64,000 nt of DNA from Phoronis australis. Taxonomy: Eukaryota > Animalia > Phoronida. Made by a program: the position numbers and the translations under genes. Every line of letters starts with the position of its first letter. Within the stretch, counting starts at the first letter, position 1. The notes under the pieces are model-generated. The model saw only the letters and a program-made list of their open reading frames with translations, did not search any database and was not told the origin of the DNA. Where the stretch lies: assembly GCA_002633005.1 (NCBI GenBank), contig NMRA01000889.1, positions 13,710-77,709 on the forward strand. Reading direction: 5' to 3'. Of this stretch, positions 38,401-48,200 are shown piece by piece.

Positions 38401-38860
38401 CTCGAAGTATGCTTTTTAAAAAGTTCTGCAAAAACGTTTTTCTCAGACTTACCGTTTTCGAGTTGTTCGACTTTGAATTTCAAAAAAAAACGCAAAATTT
38501 GAATTTTTTCGAAAAAAATTATGGAATGTTGCGAAACTATATCAATTTAGATAGAGTTTGGAACGGGCTTTCAGAAGATGTTTTCCATTATTCACTAGGA
38601 TGTCTACTTTTCGAATTATTTGACATTTTCTGATAGCGCTGTTCCTTTGTTGAGCGCTCTTACTGCATTGATGTTGGTTTAGTTTATTTGAACAAGACTG
38701 TAGCTTATTTCTTACTAATTTATTACATCTAAGTTCGTCGTATGAATGTTATCGTGTTGATCATAATCGCCACCTTCATCGTTATGATCGTCGTTTTCCT
38801 CCCCATCGTACTTTTTTCGCGTAATTTCGCCAAGTGTCGCTGCTCCAAGCGCTCTCGTTT
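35470..38860 (+). mobile_element. HINE family B, three tandem ~1.0-1.2-kb units
   Basis: 5' palindrome ACTTGGCGAA-ACAT-TTCGCCAAGT; units start at ~35520, ~36706 and ~37873; (CAT/CGT)n tracts; 3' subTIR TTCGCCAAGT, stem-loop CGCT-GCTCCA-AGCG and CTCTCGTTT. Confidence 0.82.
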
Positions 38861-38900
38861 TGATATGTCATATAGTCCTGTAGTAAGCTGGCCTTTTGAA

Positions 38901-39344
38901 GGTCTTTTCATACTGACTTAACTCCGGTCTGATTGGAGCGTCGAGTAAGCTGCGAAGTTTACTAAACAATTTATACCAGCTTTGGTAGTTAACGGACATT
39001 GAAGTAAACAGGTGACGCTGTTGTCATTGAAGTAATCGTAAGGTAGCGCTGCACTCTAAGATTTTTTTAATGTGACAATTTGGGAACATTTACATGTGCT
39101 AATTGACATAAAACTTATAATATTTTCAATTCGACTGGTGATTATTCGAGCAAAATATAAGCAACTATTAGTGACGACACTACCCTGACAATGACAGTGG
39201 CACCTGGCATAGCGTCGACGTGGCTGTTAAATCCACCTGTTAATTGCAAAGTAAACTGGTGCTGTTAACTTTGATCCAAGAATGAAGTTGACCATTCATA
39301 CTGACCGCAAAACATCGATGCGTGGACATTAGTATGAAAGGCCC
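38901..39344. mobile_element. PIF/Harbinger-like MITE
   Basis: Ends GGTCTTTTCATACT / AGTATGAAAGGCCC; internal stretch shared with a decayed relative at ~25010-25200. Confidence 0.5.
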
Positions 39345-39693
39345 TCAAGACACACTTGACATCAATTTATCTCATAGCCATTATTGAAGTGTATTACTTT
39401 ACATGCATTTTCAGAACTGAAAGTTGCAAATGCGTACTATGGTATGTTAAAGTTACTAGAACTTAGTCCGCAGTATAGCGGAATGGTGAAATTAATTTTT
39501 TCAATATTTCATGAAAAACTAATTGGGAATAAACTTTACTTCATTATTTACACAATGCGCTGTGGTCATTAACAGACACATGATGACATTTTGAAGATTT
39601 TTAGCAACGGTAAGCTTTAGAAAAAAGAAAAACACAAACTTTTTTGAATTTGAGAAAACTTGACAATAGCTTGGCTCAAGGGTACACTGTGCA

Positions 39694-42047
39694 TTTTTAT
39701 GCGCCCACAAATTTATATGTGGACGCATTATGCCGTCATCTCGGGCCGGCCATCCGGCCGGCCAGGCGCCGTCCGCTGCTCTATCTTCAAAACCCTTTGA
39801 CATACGTTCATGAAATTTAGCACATATGTTCCTTTCATGAATGGGATGGCATGAGCAAACTTTCGGACAGATCCGACTACCGGTGTGCCCTGTAGTGGCA
39901 ATTTTAGTTTTTTACGCTTACCTTTGTATCTTCAAAAGTCCTGAACAGATTTTTATGAAATTTGGTATGTAGGCACCTATTAGTGAGATGACGCTATCCT
40001 CCCGTTTTCGGATGGATTCAATGTAGTTTGCACCACCTAGTGGCCATTTTTACTGTTTTTGAGTCTGTTTTTTGCGTTCACCCCTCTATCAACCAAACCG
40101 CTCAAAGGATGATTGTGGAAATTGGCGTGTACATGCTTGCTATGAAGAGGAGGATTGACGATGATTTTCCGACGATTTTGACTACTGTGGCGTCTCCTAG
40201 TGGCAGTTTTAGCAAGTGTATTTATATGATGTTCACTACGGATGACGACGACTTTCGGACCGATCTGACTACTGCTGTGCCCTGTAGTGGCAATTTTGAT
40301 TTTTTACGTTTAACTCAGTATCTTCAAAGGTCCTCAACAGATTTTCATAAAATTTTAAATATAGGCATCTATTGGTGTGGTGACGCTATCTTCCTGTTTT
40401 TGGATGGAATGGAGGTATTTTGCACCACCTAGTGGCCATTTTTTGCTGTTTTCAAATCTTGTTTTTGGTGTCCACTGTGTATCAACCAAATCATTTGAAA
40501 ATTGGCGTATATGTTCTCAGTGTGAAGATGACCTTTGATGATGGTGTCTGACTACTGCGGTGCCTTCTAGTGGTAGTTTTGTTTTGCACCCATAGTTGTA
40601 TCTCCTAAACCCACTGCAGGATCTTTGCTAAATTTAGTATGGTATTCGCTGTAATAACCGCCCATTGCTTGAATTAAAATAGTTTCGACTCAAGCAAATT
40701 ACCTGAAATCCTCATTAAGTTTTCTAAGTAACATCTGTAAGATTTTTTTGTTAAGTTCCCGTGGAGTCTGGATTATTGGCAGGTTTAAGTACAAATCTGT
40801 GCAACAACGTGCCATTTACATGTATGATCGGCAACACGGCGAGAAAAATTTCTGGACGAACACACATGTTGTTGTCACGTGACGTTTGTTTTGAAGTTCG
40901 TCTGCGAGTAAGCGAGCGCGTGCATGTCACCAAAGTTCATTTGCCAAAGCAGAAACCGTCTTTTGGCCAGAGCCACGCAATCTAACGAGCTAGATGTGCA
41001 TTGTGTGTAAAGAAATTTGCACAAGCAGTAGGCCTAAACCAGAACGTGTTTCATTCAGCACTAGCCGGTCTCGTGCTAAAAACGTTCGACATTTGTTTCG
41101 GTAAGGCCCATATTAGTCGCCGTGTAGCTGGATGCGTACGTAACTATCTGACAGTTATTTTTCGGTGTAAGCATTCACTGTCAGTTGTCATTTTATCGGA
41201 TATTCGGCTTAAAAACACCAATTATGGTTAATCAAACAATCCATCTAAAAAATAATGCAAACATGTTTTATAGTATTAGAAATTGTCGGAAATTAGTGCC
41301 AATATTCATTTCTTACTGATGCTATGCTACCCATTTCATGAATTGATAGTTCCCGACTAATGTCTTTGATGACAGGTTCCTGTATGTAGCGCGCACTTCC
41401 TGGCCACGTGCGTTTAACACCCGAGTTATTTTTATTCATGAGACAGTCGATGTGTGTACTGGAAGGTCATACCATAGTGCACACGGTCGTCGCGAGAGCA
41501 TAACAACGCTGTTGCGTTCTTTTTGAAGCGCGTTACTTTGAAGTGTAAAGTCACGGCTAAATACAAAGTAGCAGTGCCGCTGGTGGTCTAGAAGACCCGT
41601 GCAAAATTTTTTTGATCAATTGAAGACGTTACTGTAGCCGAGTTTTAGGACTGTAGATACGTCATTGTTCGCTTGTACGCGTTCATGGACTGGGCGCTTA
41701 TTTCAGCAAAGTCTGAAAACGCGTAGGGGGCGCTTATAGGGGCATGGGCGGTTATTACGGCGAATACGGTAAGTGTATTTAGATGAAGATAACTACAGAC
41801 GACGACTTTCAGGCAGATCCAACGGACACTGTGCCCACTAGTGGCAATTTCATTTTATTCTGTTTTCCTTTGTTTCTCTGAAGTTCCTTGACAGATTTTT
41901 ATGAATTATGGCATGTTCCTGTTTTTTGGATTAATTGTATTTTTTGCGCCATCTAGTGGCCATTTTTATGATACAAATAAATAACTCTAAAAGCACACCA
42001 TTTGCAATGCATTCGTGGGCGCATTTCAATGGTCCGCGTTGCTCTTG
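39694..42047 (+). mobile_element. HINE family A copy interrupted by a Tc2-like element
   Basis: 5' palindrome at 39699 and 3' GTGGGCGCAT..GTTGCTCTTG; the consensus AATTTAGTA|AGTGTATTT is split by the insertion with TA duplication. Confidence 0.88.
40640..41769 (-). mobile_element. Tc2/pogo-like non-autonomous element, second copy
   Basis: Reverse complement of most of 29458-30690; TA at 40638-40639 and 41770-41771. Confidence 0.9.
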
Positions 42048-42406
42048 TCAAAATTATTGTTGGATGGGATAGGCTTAACTGAAGGAACTACAGTTTTGAA
42101 TGAAATTTGTTTTTGCTATTGTACTCCAATGTCTCTCTCATAACACAACAGACTAAGGTATTTGTAAAGTTACCAAAAATACTTATCAAATCTTCCGAAT
42201 GAAAATGCTTTGCTGTTAAAGAACACTTAAAATTTATTCTTAAAAACAAAACTGGTATATAGTGAAGCAAAATTTGAATTTTCACAAAAAATGTCATTAA
42301 ACTCTTCACACAAACAGCCTTTTACCATTCAAACTTCTAGAAATCACAGTCTTTGAATAACAAAATAAAGATATTAATTTTCAACACAAATTCTTCATCA
42401 GGTGGC

Positions 42407-43465
42407 TTAAATTTCATTTTCACAAATCATTTTTTCAGTTTCTTTCACAATTGTTTCGTGGTCCATTTCAATAGAAGTGTCCCTTACTTGTCGCCGCCAT
42501 CGTAACATTATCAGCAGCTCGTTAAAAAATTCGGGAATGCAAGCGACATACACAATGAAAGTTGTGTATAAGTTGGCATGTCTGACAAATATACACACAT
42601 GGTTGGCCAACTGGTATTTAACCGCTATGTGCGGTAACTCCATGTAGTCCTCTCGCGGAAGCGAGTAAGTGACAATGTTAATGATGGTCACTGGACTGCT
42701 GAGAAGAAAAAACACAGTACTCAATGCCATCGTGGCGCAGTAGAACTCAGCGCATTTGGCAGTTTCCGATATCCGCACCAACAGCATCCCGACAAAGTTT
42801 ATGACGACGCCTACGGCAACAACGATTATTGGTATGTAGCTGTTGATAACTGCACTGACGTACTCCCAGACTAAAAAGAGAGGCTCTCGCACAAAAACCT
42901 GTGACATGACGCAGTGTTTATCCCGAGTAAGCATGAAGGTGTACGTCTTGTAAAAGTTAACGAAAACAAGTACCGTGTAGACCACGGTTATTTTGGCCTT
43001 AGCAAGGAAGCGTGTGCTAGTCCTGCAAGCCTTGTCCGGCCAGTAGATGAGTAGGCACAAGTCCAGCACTAGGAGTGCCATCAACCACTGTGATGGGTAC
43101 GTGACAAGCACCTCGATAAACTTCCATAGTCGGCAGCTCCAGTCCTGATGGTAGTATAGAGGAACAAAGGGATTGGATAGAACCTCGATCCACGAGGGCG
43201 CCACTTGCAGTGTGACTGTAACCAAGTTCATGTAGCAATAGATGTAGAAGTAAAACCCGAGCGTGCACTTGGCTTGGGGTAGTCGGCGGAGAACCAAGAT
43301 TGACAACACATTTGTAATTACTCCACCAAAGATGATGATCGGAAAGAAGTATTGGTTCAGAATTTTATATGCTTGATACTCAATTGAGGTGAGCACGTCG
43401 TATTGCATGTACCCGCTGGTTGTTCCATTCAGATCGAGTGAATCGTTGCTGTGTTCAGACTCCAT
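42407..43465 (-). CDS. Rhodopsin-class (class A) 7TM GPCR, peptide-receptor-like or chemoreceptor-like, 352 aa, no intron in CDS
   Basis: ORF from ATG 43465 (MESEHSNDSLDLNGTT, with N-glycosylation sequons). Seven hydrophobic segments: TM1 PIIIFGGVITNVLSILVL, TM3 CRLWKF..SQWLMALLVLDLC..IYWP, an ECL2 Cys, TM5 SYIP, TM6 FFLLSSP, TM7 HANLYTTFIVY and a helix-8-like PEFFNEL. A pyrimidine-rich acceptor (cttctttgcag) lies ~30 nt upstream of the ATG, and AATAAA occurs on - at 42238-42233. Confidence 0.9.
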   Translation of the reverse strand: MESEHSNDSLDLNGTTSGYMQYDVLTSIEYQAYKILNQYFFPIIIFGGVITNVLSILVLRRLPQAKCTLGFYFYIYCYMNLVTVTLQVAPSWIEVLSNPFVPLYYHQDWSCRLWKFIEVLVTYPSQWLMALLVLDLCLLIYWPDKACRTSTRFLAKAKITVVYTVLVFVNFYKTYTFMLTRDKHCVMSQVFVREPLFLVWEYVSAVINSYIPIIVVAVGVVINFVGMLLVRISETAKCAEFYCATMALSTVFFLLSSPVTIINIVTYSLPREDYMELPHIAVKYQLANHVCIFVRHANLYTTFIVYVACIPEFFNELLIMLRWRRQVRDTSIEMDHETIVKETEKMICENEI

Positions 43466-44399
43466 TAGTTTTCGCTGTCTCGAGCCACGGCAATCTGCAA
43501 AGAAGCAAAGAAGTGATGAAAAACTTAATGGACATAAAGAAAAATGAAAATCTGTTGTGAAATAAGTATTCAGACATTGACAAGACCACCTGATGCTGTG
43601 ATGAGACCACGATTTTCTATGCCAGTCCACCACAGCTACATTTAATCTCCCATCTTCCCAGTGTATTTTTTATAGTATTTTGGTATTTTGTATGGTACTT
43701 CTTTATTTTATTTGTAAGTCATAACCTTTTTTAAGTTATATGTGAATGAGTCAAACATTAATGTTAACTTTGTGTATTGAAAATAACCGTTTCCTTTGAA
43801 ACGGTGACTTTTAGATATTACATAAGGTATATATATATTCAACTTCTTAAAGAAAAAAACTCAAAAACAATTCTTTTCACCTTAAGCAATTATGTGCATG
43901 TAACGATTACCTTTAATGGTTGAATGGTTTAGAACTGTCATAAAAATCAGGTACATCAATATTTCTGCCTCTTAACATAGTCAACATCTTCATTAAAATG
44001 ACAATAGAAGTTCTCGTGAGATTTTCATCTACATAACTTGGCTCATTTTTATTTAATAGAGATAATGGCATTTATGGAGAAACGTTTGATTTATCCCTTG
44101 GGGCATCTCTTGCCAAGAAATGTTTACTTTATTTTACATCATTGCTTACCGCGTTGTTTTAATTGCACAATTGATGTGGCTGTTTATTCACTCTCAGTTT
44201 TTGCTTCCGGTTTCTTTCTACGTCCTAGATTTAATCACTTCCTTATGAACCTGTTTCAGTGTATAAACAGGTCTGTAATAAAATATACAATACAAAAATT
44301 TTTATATTAATCTTAAATTGGTGTAAAAAAATATATCACAAACATTTCCAAGTCTGGTCAGTACGCCACCTGTGACCACATTACTTGACCTATTGAATA

Positions 44400-44454
44400 T
44401 AAGTCTGAAAAGATTTCTACACTAACTGGGACTCGAACCCAGAACATTCCGGGT
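44400..44454 (-). mobile_element. Possible tRNA-derived SINE head fragment
   Basis: Minus strand reads GGGTTCGAGTCCCAG (Pol III B box); no A box or cloverleaf seen. Confidence 0.35.
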
Positions 44455-44470
44455 CAATTAAGGTCGATCT

Positions 44471-45210
44471 AAGACTAGTGTCTATCTCAATGCTACACAC
44501 ACAGACCACCATTTACATTTTGGCTCTCATCATCCGATTGAGCATAAACTTTGTGTTATTCGTACCCTGTATCACTGTGTGTACCTGATTATCTCTGACG
44601 ATAATGACAGGACAGTAGAGGAACTCTGGATTCATGACTCACATTGGCTCTGTTGCAAAGTTACCCGTAGAACACCCAGATTGGAAATTAACAACATTGA
44701 CGCTCCACAACCAGATTGACCATTGACAAGGATTCCTTATGTAGGAAGACTGTAAAAAATCCCAATCTATATTCAGGACATTTTATATCACCACATCATT
44801 CAAACCTGTTGGCACTTAATGATGGCAAAAACTCCTGAAACTTGTGTAGGTGAAACCAAGCTGTGCTTGAATGCATGGTTGTCCTAACACAGTGGGCCTT
44901 AAAAGCTACAGGGACACTTATGACTCTGTCGTAATTACCCAGTGTCAGGGATCTGGTCACAGCTTTGACCTTCACAATGTACTAAATCCTTTGCAAGGAG
45001 AAAAATTGTTCTGAATGAGCAGTCAAGGAGCGTATATACAAAAAATTGAAAATCTATCTTTGAACGGAAGAGGTGGCTTGAGATTCAACCTATCGCACAC
45101 CTGGGACAGGATTCTGGCTAAAGTTTCCCGCTAATTTTCTTAACCCTGTCCAAATCCACCAGAGATGATAGGCTTGAAAAAGCCAGCAAATGTTGGCGAA
45201 ATGTTGCCTT
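44471..45210 (+). mobile_element. Penelope-like retroelement 3' fragment (RT thumb and GIY-YIG endonuclease, decayed)
   Basis: Manual translation across frameshifts: KTSVYLNATHTDHHLHFGSHHPIEHKLCVIRTL, IPYV, TSFKP, VGETK, GHSFD..V.IL.KE, VKE, SLNGRGGLRFNLSHTWDRIL. Confidence 0.82.
45170..45209 (+). ncRNA. Degenerate minimal hammerhead ribozyme motif of a Penelope pseudo-LTR
   Basis: AGGC-TTGAAAAA-GCCAGCA-AA-TGTTGGC-GAAA-TGTT-GCCT: stems I and II and GAAA are present, the CUGANGA core is altered. Confidence 0.5.
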
Positions 45211-48200
45211 TCATCTCATCTCTAGTAAGTTCAGTAAGGACTCATAATTTTTCTGCATATCGAATGGATGAAGTCCTTTTAAAGTCTGTTTGAAATTCTA
45301 GTTTCTGAGTTGCTTAAAAGCGTCTGTTATATTAACACTACTTTAAATAGGAAAAGAATGCACTACATGGGAGAAAAGATCTCATGTAGAGGACAAGAAA
45401 TTTACAGATTGAAGTTTCATGTTCTGATAATCTGTTGCTCATGGCAGGTGGGATTCATCGATTACTACCACCCCAGGAGGACATTGTGTAGTAAAGGGTG
45501 ACATATTTTCTGGTTACGAACTCTGAGAGACCACCAAGGAAACATCCATGTATTGTATATGCAATCCACGAATGTTGTTGATTCTGTACGATTTGTGTAC
45601 GTTCTGCCAAAAGAGCTCAAATCAATAACGCAATAATAAATCCTGAACTTTCTGCAACTTCCTGTGTTTAAAGTGTTATAATCGCCAAGAATTGTGGCGT
45701 ATGAAATCGGCCCCCATGCAAAATCAAACATACAACGAGTCTGTAGATGCAGTCTTTGATTTTGCTAAATGCGAAATGCCACTTGTTAAATGACGGAGTA
45801 TTTTAATTAGCATATAAATCTGGTAAAGTCACTAGCCTCAATTTCAGCGAATGGCTGGCAGAAAACAGCAAGAATCGACAATTTGTAAGAAAATAACAAA
45901 AACAACAGATTTTGTTGTTTTTTATAGCTCTAAAGCTAATAACTTCAAAACGTTTATCCCGTGTAAAATAAGTCCAAAAATGTATTTTTGTCAGTAAACC
46001 TATTTATACCCCTTTTAAGTTGGTGTCCATAAAGTAAAATCTAGATATGGTTGCTCTGACATATTTAGCGCACAATGGCTTATAAGGAAAATTCTATTGT
46101 CAAATTTCTCTACAAAAGTCGGGATAAAACAAACTAAAGTCTGTTACTAGAATGGTTTGTTCTGTGGAGATGCCATGAACAACAGTTTTGTGACTTGCCA
46201 TGACATTCTCATGAAAATGGTTTTTTATGTAAAATCTCACCAATTTTTGACAAAAACAATTGCGAAAATTGCCTTTTTTCATTTTTAATCGGTATGCCCA
46301 CAGTGTCTCAAAACATTGTCATATGAGAACTTGGTACAGAGCTTGAATATGGAAAACCATTAACTTGGTGCTACACATCTTCCATGGAAAAATGAAAAAA
46401 ATAAAATCTCACTTAGTTGTTGGCCATGTTTTTTGATTTGTACCCTACTTCTTCTTCAGTTGAATGTTTGGAACAAAATATTCACCATGGCTTTGTGGAA
46501 CACAATTAGCAAATTTCTGACCTCGCCGAACGATTTTGTTTTTGCCAGATTTTAATGGCTGTGTTAATGAGGCGCTTCATGTTACAGTTAAATGCTTTGG
46601 TGTTAGCGCCTCTGTGTTAGTCTGTTGCATGGTCTGTGTACCTAGTTGCTCTTGATTGATTCGCGTGATTTAAGATGATATCCCCAAGGACTATGGTCTT
46701 GTTTCCGGCTTACGGTTGTACAATTGTGACATCACTAAACAGCTATGAAGGTCATTCCGCAAAAGATCCATTTTCTGGATTTTGTCACATGTCAGCTACA
46801 ACATACTTTTATTAAGAGCCTCACTTGATTGTCTGTAGTAGTCTGCTGTCTTGAATGATAGGAACATTGTTGTTATGATCAAGCTCAAAAAATGTCCTCG
46901 CAGACTTACACCAATGACATGCTTTTGTGACTTCATGTGTTTTGGGAATAAAATACCACCTCAATCAATAATTGCACTGGACGCCAATTGGGGCATACGT
47001 GTATGTAGTTTGATGACCTAACAGCGAATAATTCTTAGAATAGTCATCTGGAACAATGTTAGTTGAAGGAATATTTCACATTTCAATGACTTTTTTGCAT
47101 TGGTCTTCTGCTGTCACTGTCTGTAAAGAATTGCTTGAGGCACTATATCAGCAGTCCTGTGGAAAAACTCCTCAAATCCTAGAATACCTTCAGGTGTCAT
47201 ATAAGCTGCAATGCTGTATTAAGGGTGGAAATACCTATGCATACTGAACAAGCATCTTGTTGTGCCAGGTTTGGCTGGAATTTAGTAGGTCTACCAATGC
47301 CTGCCCTAAGGGGTAAGGTTGGTGGTACTCATGTGTACGGTAATTTGACTTATTTAGCACACTCGCCTCATTTCACACACAAAAGATTGTTGTGAAAAAT
47401 AGTACTTTGTCCCTCATTTATTTCACACAAGGCTATTTGCCTCGCCTAATTCGCACCCAGTCAGTTTTGTACTTTGGAAAATGTCAACTCCTTTCATCTT
47501 TAATTTCTGCCAACAGGCCTTTTTACCTGTGTTTATCAGGTCTGAACATTGTACATTCATGCATTTAAACGGGATGTCTCATACTGTTGCATATATTTCA
47601 TCAAAAAGCTTTTGTCACTCTTTATATCTTACAAGGACATAAGTTGAACATAAATATTGTCATTCTTTAAAACAAAATAATCAGATTATGTGTAATTTCA
47701 GTTTCTGGCATGTTGTTTGCTAATTATTCTTACCTTGTATGATATCGCAGAAGGAACACTGCCACTGTAAAATTGAATGAAAAAGATAAGTATCGGTAAG
47801 TGATCATCTACTGTGGTGTTCCTGAATTGAAATGTTTCCGATAAATTCTTGATCTCCTTTGATTAACGAAGAAACCTTAGGCGCTCACAGTTGCTTTATG
47901 CCTCCTTCACTGAAAAGTCTGTCGACATCAGCGCTTGACGCTATGAAAATCGCCAGGTCGCATTTTGCAACCTAGCCAACATCCCAGGTAGCATTTTCAG
48001 ATTGCAAACTTTTCCCGCTATTTTATGCACCAAATTAATTTTTTTAAAACATCGAGAAAATTTTAGATTATACAGTATGTTCTTACCTGCAGCACTAAAT
48101 ACTCAAAATTTCAGGTCACAAAAATGAGTTATTATATGCATGTGCGGCGTTACTGTTCTTCACGACCACCATTGAAAGGCTCTAGAGCACAAGGCTAGTT

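Noticed and set aside
43466-43633. 56-aa N-terminal extension of the GPCR ORF
   Set aside because: It starts at a non-ATG codon and crosses a pyrimidine tract and AG acceptor; the first ATG is at 43465
44420-44445. tRNA gene
   Set aside because: Only a T-loop/B-box match with no cloverleaf; at most a SINE fragment
45465-45731. APE-endonuclease-like ILGDYN motif on the minus strand
   Set aside because: Only one short motif, too weak to call a LINE fragment without a profile search
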